A stretch of 50,099 nucleotides of DNA from Verrucomicrobiota bacterium (GCA_033762115.1 JANRLX010000074.1:1-50099); one strand, 5' to 3'. Positions 9,180 through 19,417 are shown, numbered from the stretch's first letter. A program made the numbers and translations. The notes: generated by a model from the sequence alone, not told the origin.

Positions 9180-9195
9180 TGGCATAACGGTTGCT
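9180..9195 (+). promoter_or_regulatory. Sigma54 promoter of the flgB operon
   Basis: TGGCATAACGGTTGCT, near-consensus TGGCAC-N5-TTGCW. Confidence 0.88.
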
Positions 9196-9222
9196 GAACA
9201 GGGTTGGACAGTTGTGCGGTTT

Positions 9223-9606
9223 ATGATTAACGCGCTGTTTAACCAACCAAATTATCAGGCGGCGAGAAAGATGCTGGATGCAACGGTGCTTCGACATGAA
9301 GCAATCGCCAGCAACATCGCGAACCTCGAGACCCCCAATTACAAACGGCTTGATGTCTCGACAAATTTTCAATCGGAATTGAGCCGGGCAGTCGCAAACA
9401 AGGATCCGAACCAAATCGCTTCATTGCGGCCATCCATTGAAGTGGACCCCAATGCAGCCGCAGAGAACAAGGATGGAAACAGCGTGCAACTGGAGAATGA
9501 GTTGTTGCAGCTTAGTCAGAATAGCCTGACCCACACTGCGACGACGCAGATGCTGACTGGAACATTTCTCAAGCTGCGCATGGCAATTACAGGTAGAAGC
9601 GTATGA
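9223..9606 (+). CDS. flgB: Basal-body rod protein FlgB
   Basis: RHEAIASNIANLETPNYK, DGNSVQLE; ATG at 9223. Confidence 0.95.
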   Translation: MINALFNQPNYQAARKMLDATVLRHEAIASNIANLETPNYKRLDVSTNFQSELSRAVANKDPNQIASLRPSIEVDPNAAAENKDGNSVQLENELLQLSQNSLTHTATTQMLTGTFLKLRMAITGRSV

Positions 9607-10034
9607 GCATGATCAATTTTATCCCTGGCATCCAAAGTTCTTCCTCAGCTTTGACGGCGGAGCGAATCCGGATGGATGTGGTCAGCCAAAATATTGCAAA
9701 CGCGCATATTACCCGCGGATTGGATGGCAAACCGTATCAAAGACAGCAGGTGGTTTTCGAGAGCGTGCTTGCAGATCAACAGGCAGGGATGAGCGGGGGA
9801 GCCCAAACTGTGCAGGTTGCCCGGATTCAAAAGGACGAAAGCCCGCCACACATGATTTTCAATCCCACTCACCCGGATGCAGATCCGAACGGAATGGTGG
9901 CGATGCCAAATGTGAACATGCACCAGGAATGGGCCGATTATATCACATCGTCACGCGCCTACGAGGCGAACGTGGCTGTGATCAAGAATGCGCGTTCGAT
10001 GGCATTGCAAACTCTTTCCATCGGTAAACGGTAA
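9603..10034 (+). CDS. flgC: Basal-body rod protein FlgC
   Basis: SALTAERIRMDVVSQNIANA, PTHPDA..GMVAMPNVN, RAYEAN. Confidence 0.96.
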   Translation: MSMINFIPGIQSSSSALTAERIRMDVVSQNIANAHITRGLDGKPYQRQQVVFESVLADQQAGMSGGAQTVQVARIQKDESPPHMIFNPTHPDADPNGMVAMPNVNMHQEWADYITSSRAYEANVAVIKNARSMALQTLSIGKR

Positions 10035-10046
10035 ATCTGACATTCC

Positions 10047-10451
10047 ATGAATCCTCTTTCGGTTTATCGCTCCATGGCAGTGCCTGATCTGCGGAATCTC
10101 CCGCAGATTCAGCCTGGAATGGATGAACTGGGGAAGATCATTCCACAGAACGAACTGCAGAAGCTGGGTGAGAGCAGCCCATTGGGAGGTAGCAGCCTGA
10201 TTTCCAGGGCAATGCCTGTCGCTGAGGGGGGATCGTCGTTTTCGGGTGTGCTCGGTCAGATGGTTTCCGACGTGAGTTCAAAACAGGCGGAAGCGAGTGA
10301 AATGGTTAATGGCCTTCTGCGGGGGGAAAATGTGTCTCTTCATCAAACCATGCTGGCTGTTGAAGAAGCGAGTGTTTCGTTTCAGTTGATGGTGGAGGTT
10401 CGAAACAAGCTCCTGGAATCGTATCAAGAATTAATGCGGATGCAGATTTGA
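10047..10451 (+). CDS. fliE: Hook-basal body protein FliE
   Basis: C-terminus LHQTMLAVEEASVSFQLMVEVRNKLLESYQELMRMQI. Confidence 0.95.
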   Translation: MNPLSVYRSMAVPDLRNLPQIQPGMDELGKIIPQNELQKLGESSPLGGSSLISRAMPVAEGGSSFSGVLGQMVSDVSSKQAEASEMVNGLLRGENVSLHQTMLAVEEASVSFQLMVEVRNKLLESYQELMRMQI

Positions 10452-10465
10452 TCTGAGTTGATTTA

Positions 10466-12103
10466 ATGAACACAAATTTTTCGCAAATTGGTTCGCAGCT
10501 TCTCGCGATATGGAAGCAGCTGGGGATAAACCAGCGCATTAGTATTTTTCTGGCTGCCGGTGTAGTGATTGCGGGGCTCGCCAGTTTGGCATTCTTTTCA
10601 AGCCAGACTGATTATTCCCTGCTTTATGGAAAGTTGGATGGGGCTGAAGCGGCGAAAGTTATTTCCGCCCTTGATGACGCGAAAGTGCCTTACAAAATTT
10701 CCCAGCATGGCGGCACAATCCTTGTTCCGGCGGAAAAAGTTCATTTCATGCGCATGCAGCTTGCGGCGAAGGGGATTCCGCGAGGGGAGGGGATCGGATT
10801 TGAAATTTTTGACAAACCGAACTTCGGAATTTCAGATTTTGTGCAGAGGGCAAACTATCTCCGGGCAGTCCAGGGGGAACTTGCGCGGACCATTTCACAA
10901 GTTGATTCAATTGAGAATGCCCGGGTGATGATCGTCATGCCGGAGAACCGATTGTTGGTGGACAATCAAAAGAAACCGACTGCCTCGGTTTTTGTTCGCG
11001 TCCGGGGAAACGCGCCACTGCAGCCTCAAACGGTTGCAGCAATTCGCTTTCTTGTGGCGAATTCCGTTGAAGGGCTGCAATCCAACCATGTGACTGTGGT
11101 GGATAACCTGGGCAATGTCCTTTCTGAAAATTCAGAGCCGGATTCGGTCGTTGGTTTGAGCAACACGCAACTGGCGGCGCGGAAAAACATGGAACAGTAC
11201 TTATCCAAGAAGGCTGAGGGGATGTTGGAGGCTGTACTTGGCCCCGGCCAATCGGTGGTCCGGGTATCTGCTGATTTAAATTTTGATACCCTCTCCAAAA
11301 CCGAAGAACGGTTTGATCCGGAAGGGCAGGTGGTGAGGAGTTCAACCATCAACGACGAGAATACGGACACATCCAGCATGAATACACCAGTGGCTGGCGG
11401 GATTCCCGGGGTGGACTCAAATGCGACAGGAGAGACAAACTCAGTGGCAACTGCTCCCACAACAAATAATCGCACCAGGAAAAAAGTGACCAAGAATGAG
11501 TATGAAATTAATAAAATCACTAGCAACCTGATGCAGGCGGCTGGAGGTGTTTCCCGAGTTTCTGCGGCAGTTTTCATTGCAACCAAAATGGAAGGAACTG
11601 GTACTGCCCGAAAACCGGTACCCCGCTCCAAGGAGGAATTGGATAAATTACGCAAAATCGTTCAGAGCGCATTGGGAATCCAGGAGAATTCAGCCACTCG
11701 TAAGGATGAAATCACACTTGAGGAGATGCCGTTCAACGATCAACCAGCCCTTGAAGTCACTCAACAGCTCGAAAAACAGGAAACGAAACAATTCTGGATG
11801 AATCTTGCAGGACAGGCGGTTTATCCTGCGATAGCTCTGGGAATTTTGCTCTTTTTCTGGCGCACTTTCAAGAAGACCCCCGGCGAAAGCATCCCTATTG
11901 GCGTTCCGCTTGGGGAGTTTGCGATGGACAGTGTCACGATGCCGGGGCTGAAGGGTAATGGATCGAATGGAAATGGAATGCATGGGCGGAAGGGTCAGCC
12001 GGGGGTGGTCTCAGTGGACGTCCTGAACCAATTAATTAAAGAAAACCCTGACAACATGACCCACGCAATCCGTTCCTGGATGGCGAAAGGAAAAGGAAAA
12101 TAG
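10466..12103 (+). CDS. fliF: MS-ring protein FliF
   Basis: GFEIFDKPNFGISDF, RAVQGELARTI, ASVFV; two transmembrane segments. Confidence 0.96.
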   Translation: MNTNFSQIGSQLLAIWKQLGINQRISIFLAAGVVIAGLASLAFFSSQTDYSLLYGKLDGAEAAKVISALDDAKVPYKISQHGGTILVPAEKVHFMRMQLAAKGIPRGEGIGFEIFDKPNFGISDFVQRANYLRAVQGELARTISQVDSIENARVMIVMPENRLLVDNQKKPTASVFVRVRGNAPLQPQTVAAIRFLVANSVEGLQSNHVTVVDNLGNVLSENSEPDSVVGLSNTQLAARKNMEQYLSKKAEGMLEAVLGPGQSVVRVSADLNFDTLSKTEERFDPEGQVVRSSTINDENTDTSSMNTPVAGGIPGVDSNATGETNSVATAPTTNNRTRKKVTKNEYEINKITSNLMQAAGGVSRVSAAVFIATKMEGTGTARKPVPRSKEELDKLRKIVQSALGIQENSATRKDEITLEEMPFNDQPALEVTQQLEKQETKQFWMNLAGQAVYPAIALGILLFFWRTFKKTPGESIPIGVPLGEFAMDSVTMPGLKGNGSNGNGMHGRKGQPGVVSVDVLNQLIKENPDNMTHAIRSWMAKGKGK

Positions 12104-12104
12104 T

Positions 12105-13154
12105 ATGGCGGCATCAGCAGAAGCGAATGTTCCTTCGGACGTTTCAAAAATGAACAAAGTGCAGAAGCTTGCCGCACTTCTTGTAATTCTCGGTCCGGAA
12201 AGCGCCTCCAAGGTGTTGAAGAGCATGGATGAAAATGAGATTGAGTCCGTTTCCGCCGAGATGGCCAAGCTCGCAATGATTTCCCAGGAAATGCAAATGG
12301 AAATCCTGAAGGAGTTCACCGAAGTGGCAGTCCAGGCAAGCAGTTCTTTAAGAGGTGGCATCGAGTACACGCAGACGGTGCTGGAAAAATCATTGGGCAT
12401 GTTCAAGGCATCCACAGTGATCAGCAGAGTCGCTCCCGCACGCGCCCCGGTTGCAGCGATGCAGCAGATTCTCGATCTGGATGCGCGGGAAATTTTTAAT
12501 CTGATCAAGAATGAGCAGCCGCAGGCCATCGCTTTGCTCATCAGTTACATGCCATCGAGCAAAGCAGGAGAGGTCTTCTCGATGATTCGCGGGGATCAGC
12601 GGGAGCATGTCATGGAACGTCTTGCCACACTTTCCTCAACCCCGATCGAGGTGGTGGAAAAAGTTGTTGAAGTGATCAATCAAAAGCTGGGTGCCAAACA
12701 TACACGGGCTTTGAACCAAACCGGAGGAATCAAATCCGCGGCAGACCTGCTGAACACATTGGACAAAAACCTGAGTAAATCTCTTCTGATGAGCCTGGAG
12801 GAAAAAAATCCTGAGCTGGGTCAGGCAATCCGCCAGAAGATGTTCACCTTTGAAGATCTTACCATGCTTGAGCCCTCTTCCCTGCAAAAAATTCTTCGCG
12901 AAGTGGATATGCGGGATCTTGCAGTGGCCCTCAAAACTGCGAGCGAACAACTCAAAGGGAACCTCCTCGGATGCATTTCAAAACGCGCAGCCGAAACTGT
13001 GGCAGAGGAAATGTCATTCCTTGGGCCGCTTAAGCTACGGGACATTGAAGCAGCGCAAATGCGGATTATTGAGGTGGTGCGTCGGCTTGAATCTGAAGGG
13101 GAAATCGAGCTCGGGGCATCAAATGAAGCACAAGAGGAGGAAGCGCTTGCCTGA
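12105..13154 (+). CDS. fliG: C-ring protein FliG
   Basis: KLAALLVILG, NEQPQAIA, GGIKSAADLL, MFTFEDL, ISKRAAE. Confidence 0.96.
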   Translation: MAASAEANVPSDVSKMNKVQKLAALLVILGPESASKVLKSMDENEIESVSAEMAKLAMISQEMQMEILKEFTEVAVQASSSLRGGIEYTQTVLEKSLGMFKASTVISRVAPARAPVAAMQQILDLDAREIFNLIKNEQPQAIALLISYMPSSKAGEVFSMIRGDQREHVMERLATLSSTPIEVVEKVVEVINQKLGAKHTRALNQTGGIKSAADLLNTLDKNLSKSLLMSLEEKNPELGQAIRQKMFTFEDLTMLEPSSLQKILREVDMRDLAVALKTASEQLKGNLLGCISKRAAETVAEEMSFLGPLKLRDIEAAQMRIIEVVRRLESEGEIELGASNEAQEEEALA

Positions 13155-13725
13155 GACAATTAAATTTCATCAACCGCTGAAGGCAGCGCGTGTCACAGGC
13201 TCCTGGAATCTGGAAGTCGAAAACAGGATTAAAAGCCGTGAGAGTGCGAGCTACCAAAAAGGAATGCAGGATGGTCAAAGATCGTTGGGAGAGCAGTTGC
13301 TGGCGCAGAGGAGTGATCTGATTCAATTACAAAGTGGCATCCTCGGCTCATTGAAAAATGCAGTTCCACAGGTGGCGAAGCAATGTGAGGAACATCTGAT
13401 CACTTTGACGGTGCAATTGGTCGAACGGATTGTCGGCGCCGCCGCAGTGTCACAGGAATCAATTGCTTCAGCAGTGCGTGACGCGCTGGCTCAGGTTGAA
13501 GAGGCGACCAGTTATACAATCCTTCTGCATCCGGAAGACCTGACATTGCTCGAGCATAGCACCGATTCTCTTTTACCACGCGCTGGTTCCTCGGAGCAGA
13601 TCGCTTTCAAAACGGACGCAACAATCAGCCGTGGGGGGTGTGTGGTCGAGACTCCGTTTGGCATCATTGATGCCCGGCGCGAAACAAAATTGGAGCTCTT
13701 AAAATCAGCGCTCGTGAACTCATGA
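13147..13725 (+). CDS. fliH: Flagellar export protein FliH
   Basis: YQKGMQDG, LHPEDL, DATISRGGCVVETPFGIIDA; likely TTG start at 13147 overlapping the fliG stop. Confidence 0.88.
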   Translation: MPETIKFHQPLKAARVTGSWNLEVENRIKSRESASYQKGMQDGQRSLGEQLLAQRSDLIQLQSGILGSLKNAVPQVAKQCEEHLITLTVQLVERIVGAAAVSQESIASAVRDALAQVEEATSYTILLHPEDLTLLEHSTDSLLPRAGSSEQIAFKTDATISRGGCVVETPFGIIDARRETKLELLKSALVNS

Positions 13726-15083
13726 TCACGACATCGCACAACCGGATTGCTCACCTCCTTCAAAAAGCGAAGGAAGCCAAAGTAGTTGAGGCGCGCGGAC
13801 GTGTCACTCAATTGATCGGCCTGGTTATTGAATCTGAAGGACCTCTTGCAGCAGTTGGAGAAGTTTGCCGAATTCAATCAGGCCGCCATGACCAATTCAC
13901 CTACGCGGAGGTTGTGGGATTTCGGAATAATCGTGTGTTGTTGATGCCGTTGGGCGAGATGAACGGCATCCATCCTGGAAGTGAAGTCATTGCCACAGGC
14001 AAGCCCTTACAAATTAAAGTGGGTGACGCTTTGATGGGGCGTGTATTGAACGGTTTGGGTGAACCGATTGATGATCTGGGTCCGGTCAATGCTACTCAGA
14101 CAATCACTGCCAACATGAGGCCGCCGCACCCCCTGAAAAGGCAGCGGATCAAGCAACCATTCGAAATGGGGATCAAAGCCCTGGACACATTCATTCCCTG
14201 CGGAAGAGGTCAGCGAATGGGAATTTTTGCAGGCAGCGGGGTTGGGAAATCAACGTTGCTGGGGATGATTGCCAGCGGGGCCGAAGCAGACATAAACGTG
14301 ATTGCCCTGATTGGTGAACGAGGGCGTGAAGTGCGTGAGTTCCTCGAAAAGGATTTGGATGAAAAAGGGCGCGCCAAATCAATCATTGTGGTTGCCACAT
14401 CCAATGAGCCTGCGCTGGTCCGCCTCAAGGGTGCATTTGTTGCGATGGGGATTGCGGAATACTTCCGGGATCATGGCAAGAACGTGATGCTGATGATGGA
14501 TTCCGTGACACGTTTTGCGATGGCGCAACGTGAAATTGGGCTTGCTGTGGGTGAACCGCCAGCAACCAGGGGTTATACACCATCAGTTTTTTCACTGCTT
14601 CCTCAATTGCTTGAACGGGCAGGAACAGGAGAACAGGGAGCGATCACCGGGTTGTTTACTGTCCTTGTCGAAGCAGACGATATGAACGATCCGATTGCCG
14701 ATGCTGTTCGTTCAATCCTGGATGGACATATTGTGTTGAATCGCGAACTTGCGCAGCAAAATCAGTATCCCGCCATTGACGTTTTACAAAGTGTCAGCCG
14801 ACTCGTGCGTGATTTAACGAATGAAGAGCAGCAGTCTTTAGCCGCTCGGGCTCGAGAAGCTTTGGCGGTGTATCACAGAAATCGAGACCTCATCAATATT
14901 GGCGCTTATCCGGCAGGGAGCAGTCCTGAGATTGATGGAGCGATCAAATTGCATGAGCCACTCCGTCGGTTTCTGATCCAGGCGGTCAATTCCAGTTCAA
15001 AAGCCACTGATAGCTGGAAGCAATTATCGGAGTTGCTCAGCAGTGCGGTTTCAACCACGAAACCGAAGAAGGAAACTAAATGA
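13722..15083 (+). CDS. fliI: Flagellar export ATPase FliI
   Basis: GSGVGKS, GERGREV, MMDSVTRFAMAQREIG, DGHIVL. Confidence 0.96.
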   Translation: MITTSHNRIAHLLQKAKEAKVVEARGRVTQLIGLVIESEGPLAAVGEVCRIQSGRHDQFTYAEVVGFRNNRVLLMPLGEMNGIHPGSEVIATGKPLQIKVGDALMGRVLNGLGEPIDDLGPVNATQTITANMRPPHPLKRQRIKQPFEMGIKALDTFIPCGRGQRMGIFAGSGVGKSTLLGMIASGAEADINVIALIGERGREVREFLEKDLDEKGRAKSIIVVATSNEPALVRLKGAFVAMGIAEYFRDHGKNVMLMMDSVTRFAMAQREIGLAVGEPPATRGYTPSVFSLLPQLLERAGTGEQGAITGLFTVLVEADDMNDPIADAVRSILDGHIVLNRELAQQNQYPAIDVLQSVSRLVRDLTNEEQQSLAARAREALAVYHRNRDLINIGAYPAGSSPEIDGAIKLHEPLRRFLIQAVNSSSKATDSWKQLSELLSSAVSTTKPKKETK

Positions 15084-15541
15084 AGCCATTCAAGTTTACA
15101 CTGGAAGCAGTCATGACTGTTCGCGAGCGGAGCGAAACTGAAGCAAAGGCAGCCTTTGGCTCAGCGATCGAAGCGCATGGTCGTGCGGTGGCGATGGTCA
15201 ATCGATTGGAACAGCAAATCACCCAGCATCTTCAGGCATGGCGTGACGCAATGAGTGGAGGAGGTTTTTCACCAGCCTTGATTTTACAGCTTGAGCATGG
15301 GTTGAAGGTCTTGGAAACCGAAAAACAAAAAGGGTTGGTCCAAATGCTTCAGGCGGAGAAAAATGTTTCTCGCGCACGCGATCATTGGCAACGAACACGA
15401 CAGGATTGCGAAGTGGTTCAAAAATTTCATGAGCGGCAGGTGCGCGCTCATCGTCAGGAGGAAATGCGAATGGAACAGCAACTCCTTGATGAAATGGCAA
15501 GTCGACAACTCGAAAGTTCCTTCACTTTCTGCAAGTCATGA
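15080..15541 (+). CDS. fliJ: Flagellar export protein FliJ
   Basis: MKPFKFTLEAVMTVRE start, coiled coil, EQQLLDE end; follows fliI. Confidence 0.88.
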   Translation: MKPFKFTLEAVMTVRERSETEAKAAFGSAIEAHGRAVAMVNRLEQQITQHLQAWRDAMSGGGFSPALILQLEHGLKVLETEKQKGLVQMLQAEKNVSRARDHWQRTRQDCEVVQKFHERQVRAHRQEEMRMEQQLLDEMASRQLESSFTFCKS

Positions 15542-16137
15542 TCAAGTTTATTCAATCTCCCACGGGATCTTCAATACTGGGTGCTCTCATGTTTTTTGGC
15601 GTTAGCTTTGCGGCCTGGAACAGCGCCAACATCAAGGCAATTTCGATCCCGGAGGAAACTGGCGAGCATGACACTGAGGCCATTTCGACATGGAATCCTC
15701 AAAATATCGAAATTGATCTCCTGGTCGAGGAACTCAGGCAGCAGAAAGAAAAGTTGCAGCAGCGTGAGAACCATTTGAACGAACTCGCCGCCCGTCTTCA
15801 GGCAGAACGGGAAGAACTGAATCAACTGACTCAGAAAGTCACCATGCTCCAAAAGGATTTCGATCTCAATGTGACGAGGGTGACAGAAGAGGAGACGCCG
15901 AATTTAAAAAAGCTCGCACGGACATATGCCAACATGACTCCGGAGGGAGCGGCGGGCATTTTCAAGCAATTGGATGATACCGTCCTTGTAAAAATAATGT
16001 TGTTCATGAAGGAAGCCGAAACCTCTCCGATCCTCGAATTGATGGCTGCAGGAGGAGATGAAGAAGCCAAACGCGTGGCCGATCTTTCTGAAAGGCTTCG
16101 ACTTTCGATCAATCCAACTAAAAAGAGCAATCCATGA
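15538..16137 (+). CDS. MotE/YlxF-like protein (TM, coiled coil, MgtE-N-like domain)
   Basis: KKLARTYANMTPEGAAGIF..SPILELM; position between fliJ and fliK matches Bacillus ylxF. Confidence 0.8.
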   Translation: MIKFIQSPTGSSILGALMFFGVSFAAWNSANIKAISIPEETGEHDTEAISTWNPQNIEIDLLVEELRQQKEKLQQRENHLNELAARLQAEREELNQLTQKVTMLQKDFDLNVTRVTEEETPNLKKLARTYANMTPEGAAGIFKQLDDTVLVKIMLFMKEAETSPILELMAAGGDEEAKRVADLSERLRLSINPTKKSNP

Positions 16138-17489
16138 TTTTAGACGCAATGCTGCCCCAGGTTTCTGCTCTTCAGAAGGAACCTGCCATTTGTGAGCTTC
16201 CAGTAGAACAGGTTAACGCTGACTCAGACCCGAAATCGTTCGATGAGATGCTTCAGCAGAAAACCCCGGAACAAAATCAGAAGGTTGAAGAGTCTGCTGA
16301 AAAAATTTCACAAGGGCTTTTGACTCCGCCTTGTCTCTCCTTTTGCGAGGAGGTTGAAGATACCGAAGGAGTGGAAAACGATGAGAATTCCATCGAGAAT
16401 TTAGGAGAGAAAACAAAGAGTGAAGAAATCGACCCTCTTTTACTCGTTTGCTTTTGTCCACCACCGGTCATTGAGAAGGTTAATTTCCAAATGGCACCCC
16501 CTGAAGCAGTGGATTTTGAAGTCTTGCCCGAAACCCAGCCAGCGCCCCTGGAACTGCCTACTGAAGTTGCGCCGGAGATTGCAACTGCGGTTGAGCAGAT
16601 TGCCGCCCCTTCAACGGAGCAGATCAATGAAGCTGTTCATAATTGGGCGCGTCCTGCCCCTTTATCGAGATCAGTCGAACGTGCAAAAGAACCGATCAAG
16701 GCAAGCATTGCAGGTGAATCGAGTAAAGTCCGAGAACAGAACCCAACCGGGCAGGAACTGGGCAAAATATTCACACCAATAGTTGGCATTCAAGCGACTG
16801 CGCCGACGAAAGATCCTGAAATCATGGCAGAAATTGCCCCCAAAGAGGGTGGCACACCGGATGCTCAACAGGATTTCGACATGCAATTTAAGACCAAACA
16901 GTCAGAAATTGCCGCTTTGCCTGAAACGAAAGTGGTGGAGAAAAATACCGATCCTGCATCGGCTTTCCCAAATTTCAGCGGAGTTGAAAAAGGAGAGGGT
17001 CGATTTGAAGTCCAAAGCGCAGGTGAAGTCAGTTCACCTGCCCGGGCTAATCGAATTGAAGCCTCTGAAGTCTATGCCGCTCTTCGAACTGAGATCAGTA
17101 AAATGCGGCAGTTTCAAGCGAACAACATGGCGCTGGTGCTTCGACCGGATCAGGATACCGAATTGTTTATTCGCCTGGAAATACGTCATGGCATTGTCGA
17201 GGCGCATGCCCGTTGTGAAAAGGGAGATTTTAATTCATTGAACGGACAATGGGGACAACTCCAGGAAACATTGGCGGGGCAGGGGGTTCGGCTGGCTGAT
17301 CTTTCCGATACCACGGGGAGCTTTTCAGGACATTCGCGCGAGCGGAACCTGGAACAGCATTCATCGCGTGAAGACCAAAACGACACTCCAGAGAACCACG
17401 ATCAGGAGGAATTTCTTAACACCATCAAAAAGCATCTTAACTCCAATCCTGTGAGCTCTGGTTCCAGAATGTGGCAGGGATGGGCTTAA
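16134..17489 (+). CDS. fliK: Hook-length control protein FliK
   Basis: Long acidic Pro/Glu-rich region, then LVLRP..LFIRLE..LQETLAGQGV C-terminal domain; precedes flgD. Confidence 0.8.
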   Translation: MILDAMLPQVSALQKEPAICELPVEQVNADSDPKSFDEMLQQKTPEQNQKVEESAEKISQGLLTPPCLSFCEEVEDTEGVENDENSIENLGEKTKSEEIDPLLLVCFCPPPVIEKVNFQMAPPEAVDFEVLPETQPAPLELPTEVAPEIATAVEQIAAPSTEQINEAVHNWARPAPLSRSVERAKEPIKASIAGESSKVREQNPTGQELGKIFTPIVGIQATAPTKDPEIMAEIAPKEGGTPDAQQDFDMQFKTKQSEIAALPETKVVEKNTDPASAFPNFSGVEKGEGRFEVQSAGEVSSPARANRIEASEVYAALRTEISKMRQFQANNMALVLRPDQDTELFIRLEIRHGIVEAHARCEKGDFNSLNGQWGQLQETLAGQGVRLADLSDTTGSFSGHSRERNLEQHSSREDQNDTPENHDQEEFLNTIKKHLNSNPVSSGSRMWQGWA

Positions 17490-17492
17490 TTT

Positions 17493-17918
17493 ATGTCATC
17501 AATAGCACCAACAACATCGGCCACCGCAACTTCGCTCTATACTGGGAACAGCGAATCGAAGTCCAGAATCCCAACTAAAACGTTGGGTCAGGATGAATTT
17601 TTCAAGCTTTTGATTACGCAATTGACCTCCCAGGACCCGATGAATCCGCAAAGCGACAGTGAGTTCATTGCGCAAATGGCACAGTTCAGTGCACTGGAAC
17701 AATCAAAAGCCATGCAGTCTGACATGTCGAAATTGCAGGCGAACAATCTCATCGGACGGGAAGTGACTTTAACTGGTCCGGACAATTCCGAAATTCGGGG
17801 TGTCGTTTCCGCAGTCAATCTCAATGGCGATTCCCCAAAAATCATTGTCCAAAACCAGGCTTATGACATCGATGCAGTCACCAGTGTGTCGAACCATTCA
17901 TTCTCAACACTTCAATAA
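17493..17918 (+). CDS. flgD: Hook capping protein FlgD
   Basis: LGQDEFFKLLITQLTSQDPMNP..FIAQMAQFSALEQ. Confidence 0.95.
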   Translation: MSSIAPTTSATATSLYTGNSESKSRIPTKTLGQDEFFKLLITQLTSQDPMNPQSDSEFIAQMAQFSALEQSKAMQSDMSKLQANNLIGREVTLTGPDNSEIRGVVSAVNLNGDSPKIIVQNQAYDIDAVTSVSNHSFSTLQ

Positions 17919-17920
17919 CT

Positions 17921-18763
17921 ATGTTACGTTCACTTAATTCAGGGGTCAGTGGCATCCAGCAATTTCAGACCAAGCTGGACGTTATCGGCAATAATATTTC
18001 GAACTCGAATACCATTGCCTATAAATCGGCGCATTCAACGTTTGCAGATGCTTTCAGCCAGAAGCTTCAGGGTGGCGCTGGCCCGGGAGGATCGCTGCAA
18101 GTGGGTTCAGGTGTCACGACGTCTGCAATCAAAAACGATTTTTCGCGCGGGAGCTACACGAACACCCATGTTGAAACGAACCTTTACATTGATGGGGAGG
18201 AAGGATTCTTCATTTTAAAGGATTTGGGTGGAGTCAGCTTTGCCAGCCGGGCTGGAGATTTTGTCCTTCAGGATGGTTACCTGGTGAATAATGCCGGCCT
18301 TCGTGTCCAGGGTTACAACGATTTGAATTTGAGCACATACGGAGATGTCCGCATCGATGATGACATCATTCCACCTGCAACAGAACCGACTCACGATCCT
18401 GACGCAAAGTTGATCAGCTTCAAAATTCTGAGCGATGGTCGAGTGAGGGTCAAACTGTCAGATGATCGCGAGTATGATCGAGGCCAGGTCCTGATGACCA
18501 GGTTTGGCGACCCGCAGATGCTGGAAAAAGAGGGAGGCAACCTTTTCAGCAACGTGGAAGCTGCGCGTCCTCTTGAGAACCCGGCTGCACCTGGTTCCAA
18601 CGGCATGGGAACATTGGTTGCCGGAGCATTGGAAATGTCAAACGTCGACCTGGCAAATGAATTTGCGAGCCTGATCACCACCCAGCGTGGTTTCCAGGCA
18701 TCCGCCCGGATCATCACCACATCGGATGAACTTCTCCAGGAAGTCGTTAACCTGAAACGTTAA
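17921..18763 (+). CDS. flgE: Flagellar hook protein FlgE (short form, FlgE/FlgG family)
   Basis: LDVIGNNISNSNTIAYK, SRAGDF, GALEMSNVDLANEFASLITTQRGFQAS; follows flgD; 280 aa. Confidence 0.85.
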   Translation: MLRSLNSGVSGIQQFQTKLDVIGNNISNSNTIAYKSAHSTFADAFSQKLQGGAGPGGSLQVGSGVTTSAIKNDFSRGSYTNTHVETNLYIDGEEGFFILKDLGGVSFASRAGDFVLQDGYLVNNAGLRVQGYNDLNLSTYGDVRIDDDIIPPATEPTHDPDAKLISFKILSDGRVRVKLSDDREYDRGQVLMTRFGDPQMLEKEGGNLFSNVEAARPLENPAAPGSNGMGTLVAGALEMSNVDLANEFASLITTQRGFQASARIITTSDELLQEVVNLKR

Positions 18764-18769
18764 TAATTT

Positions 18770-19411
18770 ATGGCAGTAAATCGACTGGACAACGCGAAAG
18801 GGCAGGCTGAAGCCGGTCGTGCGCCAGAAAAAAATGGCGCGGCCGCTGCGAATGGTGCTGCCGAAACAGCGAAGCCGCAGGAAGCCTCCGGCGGTGGAAT
18901 CAAGGCTTGGTTGCCTTTGATTCTGAATCTCGTGCTGATGCCAGTCGTGGCTTATTGCCTGACCACATTTGTTTTGATTCCAAAGCTTAAAGGCGCGGCC
19001 AAGTCCACTTCTGCTGAACATGTGGAAGAGGCCGATTCGCACGGAGCCAAAGCGGAATCGACTGGGGCACATGACAGCGGGGGACATGATGAGAAGGGGC
19101 GCAAAACGAAGATCACAGTCCCGCTTTCCGGCAAAACTTTGGTCAATGTGGCGGGAACCATGGGGACTCGCTACCTGATGGCGAGCATCACCCTGGTCGG
19201 GACTTCGCCGAACCTTAAAACTGCAGTTGAGAAAAGCGACGCGGAACTTCGCGATGCTGCGGCGAGCACATTAAGCAACAAAACGATCAGCGATCTTGAG
19301 AAACCCGGCATCCGCAACCTGGTCAGGACGGAGCTCATTGCGGTTTTTAATTCCATTCTTGGAAAAGGAATGGTTTCAGAAATTTACCTGACCGAATTTG
19401 CAATTCAGTAA
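18770..19411 (+). CDS. fliL: Basal body-associated protein FliL
   Basis: Single TM, LVNVAG..RYL, LRDA, IYLTEFAIQ end. Confidence 0.92.
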   Translation: MAVNRLDNAKGQAEAGRAPEKNGAAAANGAAETAKPQEASGGGIKAWLPLILNLVLMPVVAYCLTTFVLIPKLKGAAKSTSAEHVEEADSHGAKAESTGAHDSGGHDEKGRKTKITVPLSGKTLVNVAGTMGTRYLMASITLVGTSPNLKTAVEKSDAELRDAAASTLSNKTISDLEKPGIRNLVRTELIAVFNSILGKGMVSEIYLTEFAIQ

Positions 19412-19417
19412 TCTCCA

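Noticed and set aside
12850..13146. Long N-terminal extension of the fliH ORF overlapping fliG
   Set aside because: It is an open alternative frame inside fliG; FliH-like sequence begins at about TTG 13147
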